Positions 38,561-51,574 of a stretch of 64,000 nucleotides of DNA are shown here, piece by piece. The notes under the pieces were generated by a model. The model was not told the DNA's origin and made no database searches. It was given only the letters and a program-made list of their open reading frames with translations. Numbering within the stretch: position 1 is the first letter of the stretch; each line of letters opens with the position of its first letter. This stretch comes from Sarea resinae (Eukaryota). Location: the NCBI GenBank assembly GCA_026026165.1, contig JAPEUD010000059.1, positions 1 through 64,000 on the forward strand, given 5' to 3'. The position numbers and the translations under genes are program-made.

Positions 38561-39994
38561 AAGTGCGCGAGGCGAAGGAACCAATAAACAAAGATGGATA
38601 GACACACAAACCGACAGGAGAGGGCTGGAGAAAAACCGAGGGGATTGAAAGAAAGTCTGCGGGGAATGGATTCCGGTATCGATATTAAGTTCATGCGGAT
38701 CCGGGATCCGGGATTCGAAAGGGAACATGGGCTTGGATCTGTATCTAGGTCGCCGGAACATGGGCTTGGGAGAGTCCAATCTCGATACTGGATCGCTTTT
38801 GAACGTGCGTGAGATGTGGTTGCAAATCAAAACCGAGGGCCGATGACCGTCCTACTAGATGACAGAGGAGAAATGGAAAGCGTAATAGAGAGGACGGAAG
38901 GAAGCAAGGACGGAAGGGACGACAGAAGGAATGAAGGAAGGGCGTTCAAGACGCCCCAAGCTGAGCATCTTGCAGGGTATGCCGGACGCGAAATCAGCGG
39001 CTCGGTGTTGTTCGTTTGGTGGATGAGTATCAACTACTCTGGCATTCAAGCTCGTGCTGGTGATTTGTTTGTCTGAAAGAGCCCTTCATCTGATGAAATG
39101 GAATGTAGGATCATGAGAGAGGAGAGGTGATAGAGAGTACGCTTTCACACGCAAAGTATCTTGCTCGAGAATTTTCTTTTCCTTTGAGGTAGATTGATCC
39201 GGCAGGTATTTGGCGTCAATCATCGCGAGAACATTGATATGCGCAGTCGGTCATCCGTTGGCAAGGAGAAAAAGCCTATGGCTACAAAATGACTATTAGA
39301 ATGGCCAAAGAACTGTGTCGATATGAAAGGGGGGCTGTGCACGTGGCAATCCCCTCGACACTTTCCTTCGACCTTCAATGGCCGGCATCTGATTTGCCCA
39401 TGTTGCCACGGAGGACCAGTTACACCACAGTCGGAGAACGCAGCCGTGTTTACCCGCGCGCCAGGATCCCCTTGGAAGGTGATGTCCAGAGCTTGTTTCC
39501 ACGGCCCCTGACTCCTGTGCGGCGTTTACCGTGAAACCCAACACATATGTCGACATTGATTGCGAAAGAATGCATAACTTCGAGCGAGGGTATTGAGAAA
39601 AAGATAAGACGTATGTGAAGAGATGATAGCTGGTGATAATAATTGTGCTCGCTATAGGCTATGCAAGGGACAACGGGATAATATTTCAAGGAGGGAGTCT
39701 CATCCGAAATTCAAAGATCACCAGTAACTTTTGCTGCCTATGAGGGTCCGATCAATGGCACGCAGGGCATCACGCCCGTCACATTTTTCATGGCAGATGT
39801 CCTTAGATGTCTCATATGACCTTCGTCCGTCCAAAGGGCGCGGATTTGCCGCTTGATAGAGGTGAATGAAAATCGAAATGAAGATCGAAATGAAGAATCA
39901 CAGTTCAGGTTAGGAGTAGCAGTATTTGAGGAGTCAGGAGTCAGGATTCATGATTGAGTCGCTATGAGGATGTCTCTCTCCTGATCAGGGCTGC

Positions 39995-40022
39995 GGGGGG
40001 GGGGGGGGGGGGGGGGGGGGGG
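39995..40022 (+). repeat. Poly-G homopolymer (~28 nt)
   Basis: Read directly. Confidence 0.93.
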
Positions 40023-42567
40023 TGGAGACTATTGTAGAACAGCGGCCCGAGGAAGACTTTGTGAACTGGTCGTCATCCTTACGAGGAGACTATGACTCTG
40101 ACTCTGATCCATACTACCTAGTAGTCTTCAGATTAGAAGTTATGACATGAAAATGTCGTCGTCGTCGTCTTTTGAAAGGTAGAGAAGAAAGAATGAAGAA
40201 CGAAGGCCAGGGCTGCCCACCCTTGCTGTCCCTCCAGAAGAGTCGTATCGAGGAGTTCCCAATTTCCTCTGGAGACGACGCAAGGGATCAGGGTCCGAGA
40301 GACATATCTGTCATAGCCAACAACGTGGCTGTGAGAGTCAAGCCTTGATGAACCCTGAAATTCTCGGATGGAATGCCGCACAAATCATGGATGCCCTTCG
40401 AGGGCCTGGCCTACGAACGAGTAGACGTAAAGCTAAATAGAGAAGGGGTTTCGTCGGTCAAGATGATCATCATCCCAATGTGGCAGTTGACGTAAGGCAT
40501 TCAGGTGGCGCTCGGGGCAGCTGTGTGCGACCAGCAGTAATAACGCCCGAGTTGTGACGGTCGCGCGATCAGAGATGCTCTATCAAGACTGGCATTGTTG
40601 TCCTCAGACAAGGGAGAAGAAAGCATGTCATAAGATGCGGGTACCTAAGGTCCGTCGACAAGGCATTTGATGTGATTGGCATCCAGCTCTGTAGGCGCGC
40701 GTGTGCTTGCAGGAGTAGTCTACGCGGTATGGGGATAAAATTACAACGAGGCGGTAGCCCGAAGAGGCTGTGGGCTCTCAGCTTCGATGGATACGGAAGT
40801 AGGTAAGGCGCCTGTGCGGGTTGGATGGCGATGATCCAACACCGCCAACACCGCCAACACCGCCGTCACCGTGCTGTTGCATACTAAGGTAGGTAAGATA
40901 GTGGAGGTAGCTTCTACTTGTCGCCTTATCTCTCATTCTCGTTCTCCACGTCTCTCCTGGCCGTAGGAGAGAATGAGGATGAAGCAAGGCAGTGGGCTGA
41001 ATCACTTTGACGCTCGAGCTGTTGCGCGGTGCCATCAATTGCATCCTCCGACGGCTCGCAGCGACACCTTGGTCTCCTGCTTGACTCGGCGTACTCGGTA
41101 CCTCTGCTCGACGTCTGGAGACAGGCTTATCGCGGGCGATGCCAGGCAGGGCCGCAGGCGGGGCGGAGCTGAGGCGGGCCAAGAGACAAGTACCGATCAA
41201 GTATCGGTACTCGTCCGTGCCGAGTGACTCGTGGCAGGACGCGTACCTGATAATCTAAGATACCTAGTAGTCTTCGTACTCGGCTACGACGACGGTACGG
41301 TACCACATGAGCAACGCGAGCACACTACTAGGTACGTATCGAACACCACTACGTACAGGTACTTTCCTGGGGCACGCGAGTCAATTGAGACGAAACGAGA
41401 TGGAGCAAGACAGCGGGTCCTCGACCCTGGCAGCCAAGAATCCAAGACTCCAAGACTCCAATGATCTGTAACAGCCTAATGCCTTACGGCACTGCAACTA
41501 CTCTGGAGTACTCGAAGCACGGCGTACTCTCCCCCCATCCTACTTACCATAGTACTACTACAGTACTAAGCCACCTACCTACTATCTACCAGCTCACTCG
41601 CCCATCATGATATGATTCTTCTTATTACCGCCAGCATCATGAGTAGATCTATCAATAGGTAGAGCATGCAGAGTAGAGACGGGTCCGCCACCTCTTCAAG
41701 AGGTGCTCTCCTCTCCCGCTGATAAGCATCACGAGTCCTCCATCGGAGAAAAGACGACTCTCCATTGCTCACGTCTACTGCTCCTGCCGTTGCTGGTGTG
41801 GCCCATTCATCTAATTAATCTCTCCCTCATCTGCCTCGATCCCCCGACCGACCTACCTTTACCTTAGTACCTACCTACCTACTCCGTACTTCAGCCAGAT
41901 ATCTTATAGTAAGGTATCTATCTGACCAATCCATCTACCCACCGTACGAAGCTACAATCCATACCGTGCAATCCACTGCAGTACTCGACGCAGTACGCAG
42001 TACGCAGTACGTACGCCCTACCTCTCCTCCAACGCGGCAGCCAAGCCTATCGACACGACCATCCCTGCCCCGACCTGCTATCTCGAAGCCCGCGAGTGAC
42101 CGTTTCTTCGTCCACCCTATCGTTTTCGCTTTCGTTTGATCGTTTGCCCCCGTCAAGAACAGCCCGAGGCCAGCAGCGCCGCTAGTCAGGGCCCGCCTTC
42201 CGCCTGAGTCCAAGCGCCGGCGTCGGCCTTAATCTTTTTCCCTTTTCCCATCCTTTCCTGGACGCTTGTGGAGAGCAAGTGAGCGGCCACAGGCATCAGG
42301 CACAAGGACAATTCGTGATTCGATTGCACCACCCATATCCAACTCTTGGCATAGTATCCTTTTTAGCAAATCCTCACACGACCACCTCCGTCCACCTGCA
42401 CATCTCAACCTTCCTCCTTCGCGTCGCTAGGGACCGACTGCATTTGACCTTCGCGAACCTTGGGAAGGACCCTTGACGGCCAATCTTCGATCCTCGACTC
42501 CAGTATTCCTTCGCTCGATTGCGCTCTCGGCGGATAATGCTCCTGTCTTTCCGGTGACAACGGCGCG

Positions 42568-43714
42568 ATGCTTGTTCGGTTCTTCTACCTGTTGGTGCTG
42601 GTGAACGCTCTTTTTGGCTCGACGACGGGTTCACCCGTAACGAAACGGGATGCCGATTTCGAGAGTGTAAGGACAAAGTTGGATCGCGACCATAGCGGCA
42701 AGCCGGGAGATCCAAAGGAGAAATATTTTCGTGAGTGCCCTTTCTCTGCCCGCCCAAATGGATTTGACTGACATCTTCTTAGATGAATCTGTGTAGGTTT
42801 CTGCTGCTTGATCAAAAGAAATTCAATGCTGACCTTATCGCCAACAAAGCTTTCACCCCCATTATGACGGCCGGTAAGCTCGATTGACGCATTGCACAAG
42901 GCACACAAGGCTGATGGATAGCTACTAGTTTCGCCGCGCGGCCCTTATCGTACAATGAGCGTCGAACGCATCTTACTGCACTCATGCAAACATATCTCGC
43001 GGCGATGGCTGATATTGGCGCCGAAACTTGGATCATGCATGGCTCTCTGCTCGGGTGGTGGTGGAATCGAAAGGTTCGATTTTCTGCTCATGAAAATGGC
43101 CCGCAGAAGCTGACTATATCAGATCATGCCGTGGGACTCTGACATTGACGTGCAAGTCTCCGAGGAAACCATGCAATTTCTCGCAGGCTACTACAACATG
43201 ACAACACACCACTACAAAACTCCTCGAATACCAGAAGGAAGAGATTACCTATTAGAGATCAATCCATCGTACGTGAACCGAGGGATTGAGGACAAACTCA
43301 ACGTGATTGATGCGCGTTGGGTGGACATGGATACTGGACTGTTCATCGATATCACCACCGTTCGACGGAATGAGACGGCGATTGCAGAGGGGATTGAAGG
43401 AGCCTTGATGTGCAAGGATCGACATCATTATCTCGTGCGTACTTCAGCAGGGTTGTGGGGAAACTGGCTAATCGTAGCACAGGAGAAGGATCTGTTTCCA
43501 CTCAGAGACAGTGTTTTTGAGGACATGCCTGTTAAGATTCCATTCGCATATGCGGAAGTGCTCGAGGAGGAGTATGGGAAAAAATCATTGACCCAAACGG
43601 TCTTTGAAAAGTATGCTCATCCGTTTCCGTAGCCTACCATATATACAAGGCACTAACCTCGTTCACAGGCACAAGTTCAATCCCAAGAGTATGGAGTGGG
43701 AGCCTCTCAAGTAA
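42568..43714 (+). CDS. LicD/fukutin-related (MNN4-like) phosphotransferase; 7 exons including 10-nt and 24-nt micro-exons
   Basis: Signal peptide, spliced KYFHESVFHPHYDGRFA, TWIMHGSLLGWWWNRKIMPWDSDIDVQV, NVIDARWVDMDTGLFIDIT and LFPLR. Confidence 0.92.
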
Positions 43715-45297
43715 GCACGTTCCGCTACGGTGAAGCAAGTCGTGAGCGAAGACTCATTCTATCAGGAATCAACGAGGAGGTGGACGGCCGCAACGAGGAC
43801 GTGGCAGACGGCCAAAGAGCGGGCAGTCTCGTATATGAAACGATTGCATATCTCATCTCGGCATCCTTGCACGCCATCGTCTGCAGCACAGCACGACTGT
43901 TATAGAAGCACGATACTCGAGCATTTACTCTCACATTTCGCATGGAATAGGCGTTTGAACATCTGTCATCTAGGCATTCGGGAGGCGATCGGGCATTTGC
44001 CTACCTAGCATGTCGTTGTCACTTGGCTTTGTACTTTACGGTCTCGATTGTCCCCGGCGCAAGGGTATGATGGCTTCCATGTTGGGGACGGGCAGGATAT
44101 GGGGTTTCGCCTCGGAAGCAATACAGATAGATTTCAGGGGACACTGTCGATTCCGACCGATGACCAGTCTTTCGTGATTGCCATGGGATTGCTCGGCAGG
44201 TCTCTTGAAGAGAGGACGTATTTGATCCATCTCGATGATAGTAGCACATGGGTGAGGATGGACTCGTGGGAGGAGCATGAGACTGGACGCGTGCTCTCGG
44301 GAATCCGCGTTAGGCATGGTTCGTCCGAGTACCTTACGCATGAAGGTACCGAGAGCAGCGGCCCTGGTCTCGTGCGAGTGCCTTCTCCACGACAGCGATG
44401 GCTCATCCTTTACATACTTTACATGAAGAACACAACGGGAGGACCCGGCCAATTTCATTTCACACTGGTGTTCCTCGTGGACCGACTAACGAAGTGCAGA
44501 TAAGGAGCGCAGCGTCGAGATGATTGAACTTTGGAAGGGAGGTACGAGGTACGTAGCGTAGGTACCTACGAGATGGCTCTCGTTTCTCCACGATCGGTGG
44601 CGGTACTGCATACTCGCGGGGCGTACTGGCAACACCCATCTCTACCGGTACTCTGTACATGTGTGGTTAACCGATCGCCCCGCAGTGACGGAGACGGTGA
44701 GTCATCCGCGCATGCACCTCCAACCAACGATCAGGAGGGATCGGAAGAAGCCAATGGATTGATATTTCCAATCTATTATCTGATCGAGATGTAGGTACCG
44801 TGAAAGAGAGAGATCTTGGACGGAATGCGTCCATTGCAGACGGCGATGGTAAGGTCATGGCTGGACTGGTTGCATGGGAGGAGACGTGCAGGCCACCAGT
44901 ACAGTAGAGTAAATGCAGAGAGGCACGGGCAGAGAGGCATCAATTGATATTCAAGGCTCGTGGTGTCCCAAGTCCCGTCCTTACCTTAGTCATGATCCCC
45001 CGTTCCGTTCGCGTTGGTTCAGGTAGTTTTACCCTATCCGGATCCGTGCTTATGCGCGCATTCTCCATTCTCCATTCTCCATCATCCTTTCTCCCATACC
45101 ATATGCCGACCGGAACCTGAACGATCGATGAGCTCGTGCTGAGATCGGGATCGGAATCGGAATCGGAAAAAAGCGAATATCGTCCCGTGGAGGCGACATC
45201 AACACTTGCGTGACGACCGGTAAACCTCCATCCACCGTGCAAACCCCCCAGACGCAGAGATCAGTCAATCGAGAGATGCTCCAGGCTGCGATTCGCC

Positions 45298-47847
45298 ATG
45301 CCGACAATGGGGGACTCTAACAACTTGTTCCAATCTCCCGCTTCACTGCCGCTGTCGCCGACCGTTTCTCCGGCCAGCGAGAATCGAGTGCACAAACGGA
45401 TGCCAAACCCTGGAAGCCACTCTGGGAGCGTCGGCTCTCCATCCTCACTGAACCCGAGATCCTGCATCACCTGTCGAAAACGAAAAGTGTTAGTCCATCT
45501 GACGCCCCCGGGCTTGGCCTCTTATTGACCGATGTAGGAAATGTGACCGACGGCAGCCGTGCGTCAACTGCTCCAAGGCCCAGATCGAATGCGTCTTTCC
45601 TTCGCCCGGACGGGCCCCGAGACGAACGAGGAAGCCTCCAGACACCGAGTTACTAGCGAGGCTACGACGTTTGGAAGGGGTGGTTCAGAACCTCGGGGCG
45701 CAAGTCGATGAGAATGACGAGGCTGGTGAGAAGAGCGACATGAGTGGGACTCCCGCTGGAGATGCTGTCGCTCAGATGGAGGGTCCAACTCCAAGCAACC
45801 CCAGCAATGGGCAGAGGAGAGTGGTGAAGGGACTGGAGAAGCAATTTGGAAGGCTGATGGTTGAAGAAGGGAAAAGCCGATACGTTAGCAGCAGCTTCTG
45901 GGCTAGTATCAACGATCAGGTTTGTTGGCTTGGAGCGGCTGATTCATCAATTCTGACTGTCTACAGGTTGAAGATATTCGTGAGTTCTTGGAAGACTCGG
46001 AAGAGGAAGAAGAAGATTATCCATCACCGGTCGGTTCAGGCTCAAGCCAGACGACCAGCCATCAAGCCTTCTTGTTCGGATTCAGCTCTCAAATGACAAG
46101 TCTTCGATCCTTGCACCCTTCACCTGAACAAATCGGATGTCTTTGGGAGCTTTACAAGATCAACGTTGATCCCTTGCTCAAGGTGCTTCATATACCTACG
46201 ATGGACAAGACCATGCACGAAGCGAAAGACAATCTGGACAGGATCGGAAAAAGTATGGAAGTATTGCTATTCTCGATCTATTTTTCTGTGACAACCAGCC
46301 TTCCGCCGGAGGAATGCAGAGAGGTTCTGAATGAGGAAAAGGACGTTCTACTAGCTCGGTATCGTTTTGGGGTCGAGCAAGGGCTTGCACGGGCCGGATT
46401 TCTCAGTACAAAGGAGATTGTGGTTCTGCAAGCGTTTCTCATTTTCCTGATTTGCGTGCGCTGCTGTGATGACACGCGCTTCGTTTGGACTCTTACCGGT
46501 CTTTTGATCCGTCTTGCCAATGCACTCGGCCTCCATCGCGACGGAACCGTCTTCAATGTCTCACCTTTTGAGACGGAACAGAGAAGGCGTCTCTGGTGGC
46601 AGATCTGTTTACTCGATTGCCGGTCTGCCCAGGACCATGGATCTGACCCGACGATACTGGACCATTCCTTTGACACAAAATTGCCACTGAACGTCAATGA
46701 CGCAGATTTGGACCCAGCCATGACGGAGCCACCGGTGGAGCACCAGGGCGCAACTGAAGTAACTTTTTGCCTGATTCGATATGAAGTCAGTATCACGATG
46801 CGTCGTCTCCAATTCGTGCCACCAGCTCCTGGAGCCTGTCAACAGCGTGCGATGAATGCCACTCTACAGGAAAAGGAGAAATGGATCGAGGATTGCCATC
46901 ACCACTTGGAGACAACATACCTTCGATATTTTGATCTTTCTGTCCCATTAAATTGGGTGACGGCTACGGTCGCGCGCTTGATCATGGCAAAGATGTGGCT
47001 TATCGTCTATCATCCTTTCCAGCGTTATCAAGGCGAGGAGACTTTGCCTATCGATACCAGGGACCGACTTTTCATGACGAGTGTTGAGGTCCTTGAATAT
47101 AACCACCTCCTTGAAACTGAGCAGCGGACGAGAAAATGGGGCTGGCTTTTCCGGACTTATGTTCAGTGGCACGCGATGGCGTTCATTCTCTCCGAACTCT
47201 ATTTCCGAACAAAGGGCCCTTTCGTGGACAGGGCATGGAGCGCTATTGAAACTTCGTTTGACGTTTGGAGCGACCAAGTAGAGGATGCGAAGAAGGGAAT
47301 GCTTTGGAAGCCAATGCGGAAGTTGATGGAACGGGCTCGAGCGTCGAGGGCTAGAGCTACCGCTGAAGAACAGGCCAACGTTTCGCAGCAATACTCATTC
47401 AACGAGTCAATACCGGATCTATCTGAAGTTCCTATTGTGGCTGCCACGATGGAATCGCTGGGATTTATGGGATTGGATAAACATGTCATGGACTCGGCAG
47501 AGACGACAGCCCCAGCAGCCCCAGCAGCCCCAGCAGCCCCAGCAGCCCCAGCAGCCTCTGCAGTCTCTGCGGCCTCTACAGCTTCATCAGTACTCCCGTT
47601 ACCCGTCTCAGGAGCGCTACCTCTTTCCCCCCTCTCACACTTGTCCACTACTAACCAATGGATGGTCGAGGACGTTGGCCCGCCAATGCCCGACACGCCC
47701 CCGTTCCCGAATGGCAGTGATGCGCCGATGAACTGGGAGTATTGGGACAACCTCGTTCAAAACTACGATATGACGAATGCGCCGACGGCTAGACAGCAGA
47801 TGCCCCAGGGACCTCCTGTGACGGGTCAGCTGGATTCATGGTGGTGA
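45298..47847 (+). CDS. Zn(II)2Cys6 transcription factor with fungal-specific TF domain; 3 exons
   Basis: Spliced SCITCRKRKVKCDRRQPCVNC...C, VDPLLKVLHIPT, LGLHRDG and ETEQRRRLWWQI; PAA repeat near 47512-47556. Confidence 0.93.
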
Positions 47848-49045
47848 TCCTTGACAGTGAAGGGAATGGCGACGATTAATGAGTGAATGGATGGAAGACG
47901 AATGGAGTCCTGCGTCACGATTTTAGATGCAAGTGTGCCACGGCACACTTGCTTGATTCTTGGGCGATTTCCTCGTCTTTTGAACGGTGTTTCTTACAGC
48001 GTGAGTGCATGATATAATCCTTCTCTCCTCTTCCAGCTAGAAACGTGTGTATCTCACGTACGCAATATGTCGATATTCATCTGCACAGGGCAGCTGTAGC
48101 AAGAACCAAAGAATCGCTAATCCTGTGATCCCCATCGATCGATATGTGCATTTTGCATGTAGCCGTAGGCAAATCCTCTTCGTGACGATATGGCAATGTT
48201 CTAGACTCATCCTTGTGCCCCTGATCATTGGCTTTTCCCCACCTTGAGACGCCCCGCCTTGTGCCCACCTGGAACATGTCCCCGTTCGTCCTGCTTGAAC
48301 CCGTGCGAATCAGTTACCAGGTATACAAGGATCCGCCATGTGGAACTCTCATGCAGCCATGGCAGCTTCACTTCTTCAGGAGTGCATGCGATCTACGCCT
48401 GTTGATTGGGGTGACGGACTCTGCAGCCAGCGCCCCCGAAAGTGATAGGCGCCAAGTAGCACGGGCTAGGTTGCTCAGGTCGGTCGGTCGGTAGGTTCGT
48501 AGGGCAGGCCGGGGTCGGTGGCTGGCCGCCGCGGGCGCTTGCGTTGTTAGCGAGCGATCCAGCACGGGGTTTTGACATTGGACATGCCGATTTTAGCAAC
48601 TTTGGATTGCATTTCCCGGCGGCACGCATCAAATGATCCATACAGGGGGCCAATGATGGCTCTTTTTCGGGCGGGCAGTAGATTTCGTCTGGATGGAAGC
48701 ATGGACGGCACCCGCTTGAAGAATATTAATCAGCTCCGTGGCCCCGAGGCCATGGTTGCGGTCTGCGATTTGTTTCTGTTTTGGCATGGTTTCGACTGTT
48801 AGTTGAAGATCTTCTGAGATTGTATTTTCGCTATTGTTTCTTCCTTTCTACGTTTGTGGCTACGCTGTTACTCCCTTGATTTGGGACTGCAAGAGGAAGC
48901 CTCCGTGGAGGTCGATGGAGGGATATCGTTGCATATTTCACCTTCCCCTCGAGGTCAGGACTCTGACAACAAAGACCAAGAGGCATCTGAAAATTGTTCG
49001 AATAGCGAGAGACTCTAGGGCACGGTAAGCCTTAGAGCAATCGAA

Positions 49046-50731
49046 ATGTCCAGCTTGATTCGTTTGGCCTTGGCCTTCCTCTTAGCTGGTGAGCCCAAAG
49101 CCTTGTCCGAATCATCCCTGATGACTGACGGCTGTGAAAAAAGCAGCTCTTGTGGGAGCTAGCAACAGCACTGCATCTTCGAACGCAACCGTTCCCGCAG
49201 CCTCGACATTCATTCTCAAAGGGACGGGAGATGGGAACCTTACATTCGCAGTCAACGTGGCGGATAATTCAGAGGATCTTTATTTTCATCTGTCGGCCTC
49301 AACGGGCAATCAATGGGTTGGTGCGTAGTCCACGTCTCGACCTGATATTTTATTCGTTAAATTAAGACACCCCAACAGCTATTGGTGCTGGAAGCCATAT
49401 GAAGAATTCGCTCATTTTCGTCGTGTACACTTCCAAAAGCGGAAAAAGTGAGTCGGGTCCTGGAGTGTCCCGAGGGCTTTGCTGATGACGTTAGACATCA
49501 CATTAAGCTCTCGAATCGCAACAGGCCATTCCGAGCCCGTCTACAATTCCAGCATTCAAGTGGACGTCTTGGCTGGCTCTGGCATAGAGAATGGCTCATA
49601 CGTCGTCAATGCGCGCTGCTCAAATTGCCGGACATGGAAGAATGGCGCATTGAATCTGACGTCGAAAGTCCAACCCTGGATTTATGCCGTTGGTCCCGGC
49701 GAGCGTCTGCGGAGTGACTCGATGACTGCTGGGTTGCGGCGTCATGGCGACTATGGTATGTCTAGGCGGATCCTCGTGCACCTCAAGACTAACCACCGTA
49801 GGCTCATTTACCATGGATATGGTGCAAGCTACGGGCAATCCTGGCGTACCTATCGACACAATGAGCATGTCTGGTGCCGCGGCCAGAGGTGGTAAACACT
49901 CAATGTCCGATATCGCAGTCATCTTCCACGTCTTCTTCATGGTCTTGGCTTTTGTTTTAATTTTGCCCTTTGGTGTGGTCATCAGCCGGGTCTTTAACAG
50001 CATCAGATGGCACATGGTCAATCAGATTGTGGGTGCCTTGTTCGTTCTTGTTGGAGCATGCATAGGCTTCTATATGAGTCCACAGTACAACCGGGTGAGT
50101 TTCTTGGCCGTCGATAAGGCGCGATCTGACAAAAAGCAAGTCCAAGCATTTCAACTCGGCTCATCAGGTTTTGGGTCTTCTGGCATTCATTGCTGTCATC
50201 GTGCAAATTGTCATTGGCTGCGTCGGCCGCCGAATATACAAGAAGACACAGCAGAAGCATCCATATCTCGGACTGTCTCATATCTGGAACGGCCGAATCC
50301 TCATAGTCGTGGGCATTGCCAATGGCGCTGTGTAAGTTGTCGATGCAGCTGATGAGCCGTCCGCTGATGAGTACAGGGGCTTTGTGTTTGCCGGCACGAC
50401 CTGGCGCATCCTACCTTATTTGCTGGTCACGGCCTTTATCATCTTCGTCTTTGCCAGCCTTCTCTTCCTCAAGAGAATGCGCGGGAAGCGAGAGATCAAG
50501 GCAAGCGAGCCGGGCAAGGAACAAGGCGTTCCGGGATACATGGCTCCACCTTTACCGTACGAGAGCAATGTGCATCTGACGACGTTTGCCGCACCGCCCT
50601 CGTATGGTCGGATCCAGACGGGGCCGAGGAGCGTGCATTTAGCTCCGGGCAGGGCCTATGGTCCGGGTCCGAATCCGAGGTTCGGCAGCCGTACGAACAT
50701 TACCGGTCCCGAAGGCCCCATTCCTTTTTGA
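49046..50731 (+). CDS. Membrane protein with DOMON-like (CDH cytochrome-type) domain and cytochrome b561-like TM domain; about 7 exons
   Basis: Signal peptide, WVGAAIGAGSHMKNSLIF, SSRIATGHSEP, RCSNC, RRHGDYGSFTMDM, then His-containing TM helices (FHVFFM, RWHMVNQ, AHQVLG, SHIW). Confidence 0.85.
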
Positions 50732-50989
50732 TGGTGACGGGACGGGACGGGTAGGTCAATTTGAGGCGTTTTGGGTTGGATCGTGTCGATAATGGCGTCA
50801 TTGATGGATCGCACGGGTCACCGCAGTCGTGATAAATAAGGGACGGGTACTTTGTACGGCAGCCCGAGGAGGTAATTCGTACTTGGTACTCGTAATGGCA
50901 AGCTGGAGGTGATGGCCCTAGGGATGGGATGGTTGGGTGGTCGTCTTGATATAGTCGGAGTACTTCATACTACGGAGTACGGAGTACTG

Positions 50990-51570
50990 CTTTGGATGGG
51001 GTGGTATGTGTTGGTCAGCATCATCAGCATCATCGCCATCATCGCCATCATCATCATCATCATCTTCTTCTTCCCCACCAGCGTCAAGTGCCATCTGGCG
51101 GGATTCCCATGTACATACGCATCTATCGTCATCAGATCTCTCTCGATCGCTGCATCTTGCACATTCCCATCCCCATCCCCATCCTCATCCCCATCCCCAT
51201 TCCTCGTCCCCCTCGTTTGACTCGTTCCGGCCTTTGTGCGAGTCGGGCTCGCAGTCACCGTGGGCCGATCGATCGAGATACATCGGGACCATCGGACGCC
51301 GTGAGAGAGGGAGGCCGCCTCTCTCTCTCTCTCTCTCTCACTTTCTCCATCGACTAGGCGGCTTACCTGCCACCACCACTGCCACCATCACCCTCCACCC
51401 ACCGACCACCACCGTCCACACGTCGCACCTTCCTCCCCGGGCACGGCCACGTGCATCCCGTCTTCTCCGTGATCATCATCATCGACCACTACCTGAGCGT
51501 TATTACTGGCATTACTAGCATTACCAAGGCACACGCGCGCACGCACGCACACGCACACGCACACGCGCAC
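50990..51570. repeat. Microsatellite-rich promoter/5' region: (CAT)n, (CCCCAT)n, (CT)n, (ACGCAC)n
   Basis: Read directly. Confidence 0.85.
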
Positions 51571-51574
51571 CAGC

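Noticed and set aside
44019..44503. Overlapping 140-151 aa ORFs on both strands
   Set aside because: No recognisable motifs, a non-ATG start for the plus-strand ORF, and no splice support; treated as chance ORFs.
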